DNA from: an uncultured Methanosarcinales archaeon
Lineage (GTDB): Archaea; Nanobdellota; Nanobdellia; Woesearchaeales; CAYMBN01
Direction: 5' to 3'
Assembly (NCBI GenBank): GCA_964388715.1
Contig: CAYMBN010000010.1
Coordinates: 1-53,162 of the forward strand
Length of the DNA: 53,162 nucleotides
Below are positions 28,537 to 38,388 of this stretch, one piece after another. The notes under the pieces were generated by a model, which saw nothing but the letters and a program-made list of their open reading frames with translations, did not search any database and was not told the DNA's origin. Positions within the stretch are counted from its first letter, which is position 1. Each line of letters starts with the position of its first letter. Position numbers and translations under genes: made by a program.

Positions 28537-29600
28537 TAAAAAACACAAAACACTTTTCAAAAAAAATAAACTCTTTAGCAAAAGGTTGTAAATACTGTGT
28601 AAAAGGTTCTAAATTAGTCCTCTTCATCACAGGTCTCTGCCCAAGACATTGTTATTATTGTCCAATCTCTGACAAAAAATATCAAAAACATGTTACTTAC
28701 GCAGACGAATGGAAAGTAACAAACATAAACCAAATAATTCAGGAAGCCAAACTTATAGATGCAGAAGGTGCTGGTATTACAGGCGGTGATCCTTTATGTA
28801 AACTCTGGAACACTTGCTTTGCAATAAGACAATTAAAAAACAAGTTTGGTAAAAAATTTCATATTCACTTATACACATCACTCAATCTCGTAACAGAAAA
28901 CACTCTAAAAAAACTTCATAACGCAGGTTTAGACGAAATCCGGTTCCACCCAGACATAGACAACAACAAACTCTGGCACAAAATCAACCTAGCCTGGAAA
29001 TTCAAATGGGATATTGGAGTTGAAATCCCTGTAATACCTAACAAATTCAAACAAACAAAAAAACTAATTGACTATTTCCATGACAAAATCTGTTTTCTCA
29101 ACCTAAACGAACTAGAAATTGCAGATAACAAAGTAAACAAACTAACTCAACTAGGTTTTAAAACAAAAAACAAATTAAGTTATGCTATAAAAGGCTCAGA
29201 ACAGACCACTCTTAAACTATTAAAATACATAAACAAAAAATACCCTAAGCTAAATACTCATTATTGTACTGCAAAACTCAAAGATGGTATTCAGCTAAGA
29301 AACAGAATCATAAGAAGAGCAAAGAATGTTGCAAAAGATTATGATATTATCAATAAAGATGGTACTTTAACAAGAGGTGTAATCTTCTATAAACAACTTT
29401 CTCCATTAAAAAAACTAAAACAAAAATACAAAATACCTACATCTTTATTTTACATTGACAAAAAAAACAAAAGAATCCTTACAAGCATAAAAGTAGTATC
29501 AAAACTCAAAAAACAAATCCATACATTAAAAGCAAAACCAGCAATAATAGAAGAATATCCTACTGCTGATAATTTTACTGTAATGGTTAATTTCTTATAG
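28533..29600 (+). CDS. Archaeal radical SAM protein
   Basis: GCKYC..GSKLVLFITGLCPRHCYYCP (CxxxCxxC), ITGGDP, LDEIRFHP. Confidence 0.9.
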   Translation: MIKNTKHFSKKINSLAKGCKYCVKGSKLVLFITGLCPRHCYYCPISDKKYQKHVTYADEWKVTNINQIIQEAKLIDAEGAGITGGDPLCKLWNTCFAIRQLKNKFGKKFHIHLYTSLNLVTENTLKKLHNAGLDEIRFHPDIDNNKLWHKINLAWKFKWDIGVEIPVIPNKFKQTKKLIDYFHDKICFLNLNELEIADNKVNKLTQLGFKTKNKLSYAIKGSEQTTLKLLKYINKKYPKLNTHYCTAKLKDGIQLRNRIIRRAKNVAKDYDIINKDGTLTRGVIFYKQLSPLKKLKQKYKIPTSLFYIDKKNKRILTSIKVVSKLKKQIHTLKAKPAIIEEYPTADNFTVMVNFL

Positions 29601-29636
29601 TAACATTTAAATAAACTAACCCCATAAATCCTTTCT

Positions 29637-29942
29637 ATGAAAATCACAATTGACACAAAAGAAGATTCTCATGAAGATATTAGAAAAGTAGTTGCACTAT
29701 TATCAGAATTAGCACACAATAAACCTAAATCAATGGACATTTTTGGAAGTTCAGAACCTGCTTTACCAACAACAGCACCAACAAGAGACAATGATCCTGA
29801 ACCAGTTAGTTCAGGAGGCGGATTATTTAACATGTTTGGAGATAGTTCTTCATCAAGCTCTTCTTCAGATGATTATCCAACTTTAAAGGAAGAAACAACA
29901 GAAGAACCAGAAAAAACATCATCAAAAGTTTTAACTTACTAA
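29637..29942 (+). CDS. Hypothetical protein (short folded N-terminus, low-complexity acidic tail)
   Basis: MKITIDTKEDSHEDIRKVV followed by a Ser/Glu-rich tail; abuts archease. Confidence 0.65.
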   Translation: MKITIDTKEDSHEDIRKVVALLSELAHNKPKSMDIFGSSEPALPTTAPTRDNDPEPVSSGGGLFNMFGDSSSSSSSSDDYPTLKEETTEEPEKTSSKVLTY

Positions 29943-29943
29943 A

Positions 29944-30354
29944 ATGAAATACAAATTTCTACCACATACAGCAGATGCAAAGTTCCAAGCATTTGGGAAG
30001 ACTTTAGAAGAAGCTTTTTCAAACGCAGCTCTAGCAATGTTTTCTATAATATCAGAACCAGACAAAATCAAACCAGAGATTGAAAAAACAATTGAAACAC
30101 AAGCAAGTAACAAAGAATCTTTGTTATACAACTTTCTAGAAGAATTACTCTTTCTACTCGACTCAGAAGGTTTTTTCTTAAATAAAATAAAGAAAATCAA
30201 AATAAAAGACAACCAACTAACAGCAACAATTCTAGGAGACAACGATCCAAGCAAGTATGACTTACACGGTGAAGTAAAAGCAGTAACATACAGTGAAATG
30301 TTTATTAAAAAAACCAAAAACAAAGTAACACTCCAAGTTGTTGTTGATTTATAA
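29944..30354 (+). CDS. Archease (RtcB activator)
   Basis: FLPHTADAKFQAFGKTLEEAF..A, EELLFL.D, EVKAVTYSEM, VVVDL. Confidence 0.95.
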   Translation: MKYKFLPHTADAKFQAFGKTLEEAFSNAALAMFSIISEPDKIKPEIEKTIETQASNKESLLYNFLEELLFLLDSEGFFLNKIKKIKIKDNQLTATILGDNDPSKYDLHGEVKAVTYSEMFIKKTKNKVTLQVVVDL

Positions 30355-30360
30355 AAAGAT

Positions 30361-30403
30361 TTTAGAAAACTTCGTTTTCTAAACTGTTTCGACTTTGTCG
30401 AAA
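30361..30403. repeat. Pair of REP-like palindromes
   Basis: TTTAGAAAAC-TTC-GTTTTCTAAA (30361-30383) and TTTCGAC-TTT-GTCGAAA (30387-30403), joined by AAACTGTTT. Confidence 0.85.
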
Positions 30404-30438
30404 AATTTATAAACAAAACACCTATTTTTAAACTTAAA

Positions 30439-31041
30439 ATGAAAATACTCGCATCAGGAGATATACATGGAGACACTGAACTAGCTAAAAGACTAGCTAA
30501 AAAAGCTGAAAAAGAACACGTTGACCTAGTCATCCTTTGCGGAGACCTAACAATGGGTGAAATGTCAACTAAAAACATAATTGGTCCTTTTGTTAAACGT
30601 CACCAAAAAGTACTTATCATTCCTGGAAACCATGAAACAGTTGCAACAGCAGACTTCCTAGCAGAAGTTTACGGTGTAAAAAATATCCACGGCTATTCTG
30701 TCAAATACAAAGATGTTGGTATTTTTGGAGCAGGTGGAGCAAACATTGGTTTGTTTCAGTTAAATGAAGATGATATTTATGGATTACTAAAAAAAGGTTT
30801 TGAAAAAATCAAATACCTAAAAAAGAAAATCATGGTTACACACGTACATCCAAAAGGAACTTTAATGGAAAAATTTACAAACATCTTCCCAGGTTCAGAA
30901 GGTATAAAAAAAGCAGTTGAAAAACTAAAACCAGACATTCTTTTATGTTCTCATGTGCATGAAGCAGAAGGTTTAGAAGAAAAAGTAGGCAAAACAAAAG
31001 TAATCAATGTAGGCAAAGAAGGCAAGATCATCGAGATTTAA
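30439..31041 (+). CDS. Calcineurin-like metallophosphoesterase
   Basis: GDIHG, LCGDL, IPGNHE, VTHVHP, CSHVH. Confidence 0.92.
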   Translation: MKILASGDIHGDTELAKRLAKKAEKEHVDLVILCGDLTMGEMSTKNIIGPFVKRHQKVLIIPGNHETVATADFLAEVYGVKNIHGYSVKYKDVGIFGAGGANIGLFQLNEDDIYGLLKKGFEKIKYLKKKIMVTHVHPKGTLMEKFTNIFPGSEGIKKAVEKLKPDILLCSHVHEAEGLEEKVGKTKVINVGKEGKIIEI

Positions 31042-31115
31042 TCTAACTCCAGTAATAAAAATAACTCTTTCTCACCAAAAACATTAAATACTAGAATTGT
31101 TGATGAAAAATTAAG

Positions 31116-31895
31116 ATGGGAAAAAATATACCTGATGGAGAAATACATTCAATTTTGGGAAATATATCTCCTCTTGGTTCTGAAAGTGAAAATTTAACTG
31201 ACCTTGTTAATGCTGAGTTTGGAGTTCTTACAAATGAAGTAAAGCAACTATCTTGTCCAGATACCTACTGGCCTGCAATTGAAGATGCATTAAATAAAGC
31301 AAGAAAAAATATTATTGGACGTATTGAAGGAGAACATATATTAAAACAAATATCAGATTTATCTCTTATAGATTACTCTAATCTGGCCAAACAAATATCA
31401 AAGTTAGCCTCTGCGTATCTTGGTTGTGATACTGTTTCTACAATTACTTGGTATGAAAAAGAAAATAAAAGATTCATGAGACTCCACTTTATTGAAGAAG
31501 GTATTGGGGGAAAAGAAGAAAATAAAATGCTTACTTTTAGATACAAAGATCTTGAGCTTGGTGGAGTAGGTATAGCTAACAGTGTAATTACAAGATACTT
31601 AAATGAAGAAACAGAAGAAAGTATTATTGATGATGCTATTGTTGAAAATGCCTTGAAAAATAAGAAACATGATACTAAAACAAGAGGAGAATTTGGATTA
31701 AAGTTTAAATCTGAAATGTGTATTCCACTTTATAATCCTGAGGATGGTCAATTTCTTGGTATAATACAATGCTTTTACAGTGATAAACAAGAAAGAGGAT
31801 TTTTAGAACAAGTTTATCATACAAAAGGTAAAAAACTTGCAAATGTTGTTGCAGGACTAGTTTCTAAATACAATATGAACAGACCTTACCAGTAA
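31116..31895 (+). CDS. GAF-domain protein (stand-alone)
   Basis: LGCD.VS, GVGIA..V, KSEMCIPL...GQFLGIIQ are GAF-like; no output domain. Confidence 0.7.
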   Translation: MGKNIPDGEIHSILGNISPLGSESENLTDLVNAEFGVLTNEVKQLSCPDTYWPAIEDALNKARKNIIGRIEGEHILKQISDLSLIDYSNLAKQISKLASAYLGCDTVSTITWYEKENKRFMRLHFIEEGIGGKEENKMLTFRYKDLELGGVGIANSVITRYLNEETEESIIDDAIVENALKNKKHDTKTRGEFGLKFKSEMCIPLYNPEDGQFLGIIQCFYSDKQERGFLEQVYHTKGKKLANVVAGLVSKYNMNRPYQ

Positions 31896-31902
31896 TCATA
31901 AA

Positions 31903-32712
31903 ATGACAAAAATAATATTTGACTTAGACAGAACTCTTAGACCTTATAGTGCAGAACCTGTTGAAGAAATATTTAGAGGACATCTTACTTCTGAAGAAAA
32001 TGGACTATTTGAAATAGTTAGAAAAGATGTATTAAGAGAACCTCACAAATACAATTGGATCTATCAAAAGATTCCAACAGCATATGCTGATGAAGGACAC
32101 TTTGAACAAAAATATGCAATAATTCAAGAATTCTTTAAAAGACATCCTGAAGTCAAAGATTCTTTAACTTCACCAGGTAAAGATTTTGCTTATTATACTG
32201 AAGATCAATTAATTGATGAAATATATAAACAAGCTAGTGCTACATGTTTTGGTAAAATACCTGAAGAAAATAAACAAACATTAAGTGAATTAGTAAATCA
32301 AGGCCACACTGTAAAAATCCTAACTAATAGTTCTAGTGTCATGGAAGAATTACCAAGAGGGGTAACAATGGAGGAAGGTGCAATGAAACATGTTGTTAAT
32401 CCACATTATGAAGAACATACAATTCCTTCTTCAGTATTCTTCCAAGGAAGAACAATTCATTTAAGAAGACCTTATTACCATGAAGCACTTATCAGAGAAC
32501 AACCAGACTATGTAGTTGGTGATATAATTAGTTTTGACATTGCATTAGTACAATACTTAAGACAACGAGGGGTCATAAACACAGTCCCAATCTTAAAACT
32601 AGATGAAGATTTCAAAACACCTCAATGGGCAATAGATTATTGTAAACACTACAACATCAAAACGATAAAAAACATTTCAGAACTTCCAGACTTACTCAAC
32701 TCTCCTAACTAA
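31903..32712 (+). CDS. HAD-superfamily hydrolase
   Basis: IIFDLDRT, ILTNS, K, VVGDIISFD. Confidence 0.75.
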   Translation: MTKIIFDLDRTLRPYSAEPVEEIFRGHLTSEENGLFEIVRKDVLREPHKYNWIYQKIPTAYADEGHFEQKYAIIQEFFKRHPEVKDSLTSPGKDFAYYTEDQLIDEIYKQASATCFGKIPEENKQTLSELVNQGHTVKILTNSSSVMEELPRGVTMEEGAMKHVVNPHYEEHTIPSSVFFQGRTIHLRRPYYHEALIREQPDYVVGDIISFDIALVQYLRQRGVINTVPILKLDEDFKTPQWAIDYCKHYNIKTIKNISELPDLLNSPN

Positions 32713-35094
32713 TGATTCAACATTATAAACATTAACAGGAATACTCTTATTCTTAAACATGACTAATCCTAAATGTTCTGCTTTAACATTCTCTCTAACA
32801 TCATCATAAGTTGACTTTGAAACAAGTATCTGTCTTACATCAGCTTTATCAACTAATCTTGAAGCAAGATTAACACTATCTCCAATAGCAGTGTATTCCA
32901 TTATTCTATCAGTACCAATATTACCTAATATAACCTTCCCACTGTTAATTCCTATTCCAATATCCAAAGGTTTTTTCTTATTTCTTGTCAACAAATCATT
33001 CATAACTTTAACTTCAGCTAACATATCAAGGGCACATTTAACAGCATTCAATGCATGATCTTTATCTTCTTGATGTGCATTAAAAAACGCAACAACAGCA
33101 TCTCCTATTAACTGTGCAACAACTCCACCATACTTATAAACAGACTTAGTAACATACTTAAAATAAAGATTAAGATATCTAATCACTTCTTCATTATCCA
33201 TCTCTTCACTCATACCTGTGAAACCACGTATATCAACAAACAAAATACTTATCTCTTTTTCCTGCCCTACTAACCCTTTATTCTCAGGTGCAGTTGCCAT
33301 CTTAACCAATTTAGGATCAACATACTTATTAAACAACTTTTGAGTTTCATTCTTTTCCTTATAAGCATCTTTAATAGACTCTTTCAACTGTTTATTTATG
33401 TCAACATGCTTTTCACCAAGCTTTTTATGAAACTTAAGCTCTTTCCCAACCTTCTTCATCACAGTAACAAGTTTCTGATGATAAATAAGATTAAACCCAA
33501 CAATTCCAATCAAAACCAAAAACACTAATACCATAATAACACCATACATCTTATCCTTGTCAGTTGCTAAGATACCAGTACTCATTCCAGTAACAGAACT
33601 AATACCATCGAAAGCTTTTTTCATTACAGGTCTTTGATCCTCAACATTTACATTATGTGACATAGGCTGTTGTTCAGGAACAAAAATTTCAACTTCATAA
33701 TTTCCAGTAGGTAACTCTTTTGCTAAACTAATTTCTTTTTCTTCACCAGGCTCAAGGTCAACCTTTTTCTCAAAAACCACTTCTTTACCATCTCTTTCAA
33801 GATTAAATGTAATCGCTTTTTTATACCTAACATTACCTATATTTCTAACTCGCACTAAATCACCATTAACATCAACTATTATTCCTTCTTTTTCCAAAAT
33901 ACTTATTTTCTTTTCATCACTAAATTCTTCATATTCTGCTTTAATAATCTGTTCTCCAGGTTCAGTATTTTCAGGAACAACAATATAACTTTCCTCTCCA
34001 GAAACAACACTCTTATTTATTTTAGCAAAATAAACAAAAACTTTTTCATCAACAACATCATCGGCCTGATCAACTAAATTAACAGTAAATTTAATCTTTT
34101 CTTCAGGCATAAATGAATCTTTATCAAGCTCAACTTTTATTTCTGTTATAATAGCTTTTACATCAATCAAAAGCTCTTCAACACCTTTATTACCAATCTT
34201 ATCTTCAATATTTATGTCAAGATTATTATCACCAGACTTAACATTCTCAGTTATCTCAATACTTGCACTAAACTTATTTCCCTCAAATTTAAGTTCATAT
34301 TCTTTATCATTAAACCAAATAAACCCTTTAAGTCCTTCAAAAGCATAATCAATATCAGAAAAAACTTCACCACTTACAATAATAGTTTCTCCTGGTAAAG
34401 CTTCTCCAACAAATGAATCTGTTCTAATATCAATCTTATCACTGACCTTAAACTTAATCTCTTCAGAATAAAACTGTTCATTACCAAAAATATCTTTTAT
34501 ATTAATATCAACATAATATTCTCCAGGCAAAACAGCATCAATTCCATACTTAAACTGTGCATCAACAATCTTACCTGTTTTCTTCATAAACTCTTCTCCA
34601 TCTACTTTAATTGTTAATTCATACATACCACTTAACTGTTTATCATTAAGATAGGTAACATAAGCATTTAACTCATTCTTTTGTCCAAGTTGAACCTCGT
34701 CATAATCAATATTAAAGATTGAATTAAGTGAATCACTTATTGAAAACACATTTGAATCAGCTGACTCAACAACCTCTCCATCAGAATAAAAATCAATAGA
34801 TATCCTACATTCTCCTTTAATATTTGGAATTAACAATTCTTTTGAAAAATTATATTGATTATTCATACCAACTCTTTCTGTCTCAAGAATAGTTTTAACA
34901 TCTCCACACCGTAATATATACTTCATAATTCCTGTGATTCCATCTTCAACATAAATTATACCTTTAACATTTATTGTATCACCATAATTAAACACTTCTT
35001 GCTCAATATCTTCTATATCAATTGAAGATAACACCATAGGTAAAATTATAAGAATTGTTACTAAATAAACACTAATCAACCTCATTTTTTTCAT
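32692..35094 (-). CDS. Membrane-anchored class III nucleotide cyclase with large extracellular beta-sandwich region
   Basis: Signal peptide, about 490-aa beta-rich ectodomain, TM, coiled coil, then LFVDIRGFT, AQLIGDAV, IGIGINSG, YTAIGDSVNLASRL. Confidence 0.92.
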   Translation of the reverse strand: MKKMRLISVYLVTILIILPMVLSSIDIEDIEQEVFNYGDTINVKGIIYVEDGITGIMKYILRCGDVKTILETERVGMNNQYNFSKELLIPNIKGECRISIDFYSDGEVVESADSNVFSISDSLNSIFNIDYDEVQLGQKNELNAYVTYLNDKQLSGMYELTIKVDGEEFMKKTGKIVDAQFKYGIDAVLPGEYYVDINIKDIFGNEQFYSEEIKFKVSDKIDIRTDSFVGEALPGETIIVSGEVFSDIDYAFEGLKGFIWFNDKEYELKFEGNKFSASIEITENVKSGDNNLDINIEDKIGNKGVEELLIDVKAIITEIKVELDKDSFMPEEKIKFTVNLVDQADDVVDEKVFVYFAKINKSVVSGEESYIVVPENTEPGEQIIKAEYEEFSDEKKISILEKEGIIVDVNGDLVRVRNIGNVRYKKAITFNLERDGKEVVFEKKVDLEPGEEKEISLAKELPTGNYEVEIFVPEQQPMSHNVNVEDQRPVMKKAFDGISSVTGMSTGILATDKDKMYGVIMVLVFLVLIGIVGFNLIYHQKLVTVMKKVGKELKFHKKLGEKHVDINKQLKESIKDAYKEKNETQKLFNKYVDPKLVKMATAPENKGLVGQEKEISILFVDIRGFTGMSEEMDNEEVIRYLNLYFKYVTKSVYKYGGVVAQLIGDAVVAFFNAHQEDKDHALNAVKCALDMLAEVKVMNDLLTRNKKKPLDIGIGINSGKVILGNIGTDRIMEYTAIGDSVNLASRLVDKADVRQILVSKSTYDDVRENVKAEHLGLVMFKNKSIPVNVYNVESLVRRVE

Positions 35095-35129
35095 TATAAT
35101 TATTATATGTACGTATACATATTTAAAAT

Positions 35130-35528
35130 TTATCCTTTAGTTACACTTATTTCTTTAATAACACTATTAATTGAATCTAAACGTTTAACCAAACTATTGA
35201 AAAACCAAGGAGATTTATCATTAAATTCTCCAACCACATAAATTAAAGGCTTCCCTTTTGTTTTTGCCAACATCAAAGCAGCCCCAAACTCCATAGGTAA
35301 AGTAGTACCTTTTTCATCACTTAAATATATAAATATATCACACACAGAAATTCCATTAAGTTCACTATTACCATATTGTACAGCAATCTCTTGATTATTT
35401 ACATATGGTTTTATATGTTTATGTGTTGTCCAATCATAAGAAACAGAATGTCCAAGTTCTTTAATCTTTTCATAAACTTTTTGGATTAATTCTTTTTTTT
35501 CAAACTTACCAGCAACATAAATTTTCAT
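35130..35528 (-). CDS. Nucleoside 2-deoxyribosyltransferase-like protein
   Basis: KIYVAG, YDWT, CDIFI, GTTLPMEFGAAL (catalytic Glu position). Starts 2 nt after the rtcB stop. Confidence 0.7.
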   Translation of the reverse strand: MKIYVAGKFEKKELIQKVYEKIKELGHSVSYDWTTHKHIKPYVNNQEIAVQYGNSELNGISVCDIFIYLSDEKGTTLPMEFGAALMLAKTKGKPLIYVVGEFNDKSPWFFNSLVKRLDSINSVIKEISVTKG

Positions 35529-35530
35529 AT

Positions 35531-36946
35531 TTATCCTTTCATAACACTAATTGGTACAACTCTTGTAACAGGATTTCCAATACCTAACTCAGCACTTACT
35601 CTTATAACTTCATCAATATCTTTATACATTTGCGGTGCTTCTGCTGCAATTGTTTTCCATGAAGTAGCTTTTACTTCAATACCTTTTTTACTCAACTCAT
35701 TCTTAATATTTTCTCCTCTTAGCGTTCTCAATGCTTCACTTCTACTTGCAACTCTACCAGCACCATGCGCTGTACTACCAAAACTTAATTCTTCTGCCTT
35801 TTTTGTTCCAACTAATACATAAGAAGCAGTTCCCATACTACCTGGAATTAAAACTGGTTGACCTACTGAACGATAATCTTCAGGAACTTCATCTCTACCA
35901 GGTCCAAATGAACGTGTTGCACCTTTTCTATGTACGCACAATGTTCTTTTTTCCCCATCAACAACATGTTTCTCAATCTTTGCAATGTTATGACAAACAT
36001 CATAAACAACATTTATCTTCACATCACCATAAATCTTGTTAAAAGTTTCCCTAATCCAATGAGTTATCATTTGTTTGTTTGCAAATGCAAAATTTGCAGC
36101 ACCACCCATTGCTTTCAAATATTTCTGCCCTAAGTCAGAATTAATTGGTGCATTAATCAACTGTCTATCAGGTAAATGTGAAAATCCTTGTTTTTGTTCC
36201 ATCTCTTTAATATAATCAGAAGCAACTTGATGTCCTAAACCACGAGAACCACAATGTACCATAATAACTACATTATTTTTATCATCAACACCAAATACTT
36301 TTGCAATTTTTTCATCATAAATCTTATCAATTTGTTGAATTTCTAAAAAATGATTTCCAGCTCCTAAACTTCCTAACTGTGGCATTCCTCTTTTCATTGC
36401 TTTATCACTCACAAAATTAGGATCTGCTTCTAAACAACCATTATCTTCTGTATGCATATAATCTTCTTTAACACCATAACCTTGCTCAACAGCCCATTTA
36501 GTTCCTTTTGCTAACACTTCTTTTAATTCATCATAAGAAAACTTTTGTTTTCCACCTCTACCAACACCACTAGGAACATTAACAAACAAAGCTTCAATTA
36601 TTTCTTTTCTTTTCTTAAGAAACTCATCAACACTCAAACCAGTTGACAATAATCTAACAGAACAATTAATATCAAATCCAACACCACCAGGTGAAATAAT
36701 TCCATCATTAGCATCAAATGCAGCCACTCCTCCTATTGGAAAACCATATCCTTGATGTGCATCAGGCATTGTATAAGATGCTTTCAAAATCCCAGGTAAA
36801 TGTGCAACATTCTTAGCTTGCTCAATAGTCTTATCCTGCTTAATTTTCTCCATCAATTTCTCAGAAGCATATATGATTGCAGGAACTTCCATCCCACCTT
36901 CTTTAGCTATTTCCCAAGTCAAATCATTTATTTTTTTAATTTCCAT
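35531..36946 (-). CDS. rtcB: RNA-splicing ligase RtcB
   Basis: MPDAHQGYGFPIGG, GFDINC, GAGNHFLE, VHCGSRG, DVCHN, HRKGAT, HGAGR, YKDI. Confidence 0.98.
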   Translation of the reverse strand: MEIKKINDLTWEIAKEGGMEVPAIIYASEKLMEKIKQDKTIEQAKNVAHLPGILKASYTMPDAHQGYGFPIGGVAAFDANDGIISPGGVGFDINCSVRLLSTGLSVDEFLKKRKEIIEALFVNVPSGVGRGGKQKFSYDELKEVLAKGTKWAVEQGYGVKEDYMHTEDNGCLEADPNFVSDKAMKRGMPQLGSLGAGNHFLEIQQIDKIYDEKIAKVFGVDDKNNVVIMVHCGSRGLGHQVASDYIKEMEQKQGFSHLPDRQLINAPINSDLGQKYLKAMGGAANFAFANKQMITHWIRETFNKIYGDVKINVVYDVCHNIAKIEKHVVDGEKRTLCVHRKGATRSFGPGRDEVPEDYRSVGQPVLIPGSMGTASYVLVGTKKAEELSFGSTAHGAGRVASRSEALRTLRGENIKNELSKKGIEVKATSWKTIAAEAPQMYKDIDEVIRVSAELGIGNPVTRVVPISVMKG

Positions 36947-37031
36947 CTTAACACAGAAAAAATATGTTTTGTTTATAAATTTTTACATTTATATAGTAAA
37001 TTATTTATATCCACTAAATAAACAAACTATT

Positions 37032-37778
37032 ATGAATATTTTAATTCAAATTATATTCACTTTTTTTATAGGAGTTTGCTCTAGTTTTATAGGTTCAATG
37101 GTTGGTGGTGGGGGATTAATATCAATCCCTTTCTTAATGTTTTTAGGGTTACCACCTAGTGTTGCAATAGCAACAAATAAATTTGGATCTTTAGGTCTTA
37201 GTGCAGGCGCTTTTATTAAATATTTTAAAGAAAAAAAGATTCAATGGAATTATATCTTACCTTTATCATTAATTAGTATAATCAGTGCAGTTATTGGTGC
37301 AAACATATTAATTTCCTTAAACAAAGAAATCCTATCAAAAGCAATTGGAATTATTATACTAGTTTTATTACCTCTTATTGTATTCAATAAAAAAATCGGA
37401 CTCAAAAAAATAAATCCTTCCAAAATAAAAAAAATAATTGGTTTTATTCTTTATTTTTTTGCAATGATATGGGGTGCTTTTTTTGGAGGTGGAGGAGGCA
37501 CTCTGGTATTTTACATATTCATTACTTTTTTTAGATTCACAATTATACAAGCAAGTGCAACAAACAAAATACCTTGGTTTATCATGGGCATTATTAGTGT
37601 TGTAATCTTTGCACTTAACAACATAATTAACTATTTCTTAGGAATTTTTTTACTTTTGGGAATGTTCTTAGGGGGATATTTAGGTGCACATACAGCAGTT
37701 AAAAAAGGAAACCAATGGGTTAAAGTTATTTTTGCTATTGTTGTTATAATATCAGCTATAAAATTATTATTCTTTTAG
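37032..37778 (+). CDS. TauE/SafE (TSUP) family membrane transporter
   Basis: Start reassigned to 37032. GGGGLISIP..GLPPSVAIATNK, GAFFGGGGG, about 8 TMs. Confidence 0.9.
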   Translation: MNILIQIIFTFFIGVCSSFIGSMVGGGGLISIPFLMFLGLPPSVAIATNKFGSLGLSAGAFIKYFKEKKIQWNYILPLSLISIISAVIGANILISLNKEILSKAIGIIILVLLPLIVFNKKIGLKKINPSKIKKIIGFILYFFAMIWGAFFGGGGGTLVFYIFITFFRFTIIQASATNKIPWFIMGIISVVIFALNNIINYFLGIFLLLGMFLGGYLGAHTAVKKGNQWVKVIFAIVVIISAIKLLFF

Positions 37779-37783
37779 AAAAC

Positions 37784-38356
37784 TTACCTTTCCCTAACCT
37801 TCACACCATTACCACTCAGATTAACAATAGTAGAAGCATGCCCTTTAATTGGACCTTCATAAATTGCAAAATCAACATGCATTTCAATCTCTTCATCCAA
37901 ATCCTCAATCTTTGTCATAAACATACTTCCAGTCACATTTGCAGATGTTGTTACAATTGGAACATCAAGCGGCCTAAAAAATAATGTTGTCCAATGTTGA
38001 GGAATCCTTATACCAACAGTATCAGCCTCAGGATTAATACTGGGAGCAACACATTTCTTATTCTTTAACTTCAAAATAAGTGTGTATGGCCCAGGAATCT
38101 TTTTTATCCATTCCTCTGCTTTCTTAGGTACAACACAATTCTCATAAATCCAATCACGAGATGGTGCAATAACAGAAACAGGTTTAGTAGGAATCTTCTT
38201 AATCTTTCTTAACTTCTTAACAGCTTTCTCATCAAGTGCATTACACCCAATACCATATATAGTATCAGTTGGATAAATAAAAAGAACACCCTGAAGAATC
38301 CTCTCCCTCAACTGCTTTTTCATTAATTTAGTTTCTTCCTTACTATAAACTTTCAT
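37784..38356 (-). CDS. sua5: Threonylcarbamoyl-AMP synthase (Sua5/TsaC, single domain)
   Basis: YPTDTIYGIGC, PGPYTLIL, VGIRIP, TTSAN, STIV. Confidence 0.92.
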   Translation of the reverse strand: MKVYSKEETKLMKKQLRERILQGVLFIYPTDTIYGIGCNALDEKAVKKLRKIKKIPTKPVSVIAPSRDWIYENCVVPKKAEEWIKKIPGPYTLILKLKNKKCVAPSINPEADTVGIRIPQHWTTLFFRPLDVPIVTTSANVTGSMFMTKIEDLDEEIEMHVDFAIYEGPIKGHASTIVNLSGNGVKVRER

Positions 38357-38388
38357 GTATAGAACAATGTTTTTAGTGTTTTTATATT

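Noticed and set aside
32692..35094. Pycsar/CBASS anti-phage system
   Set aside because: The cyclase is receptor-like with a large ectodomain, and no adjacent TM/TIR cNMP-binding effector or CD-NTase is recognisable.
35531..36946. Intein in RtcB (also checked the visible part of Cdc48 and the S16 protease)
   Set aside because: Normal lengths and uninterrupted motifs; no intein signatures.
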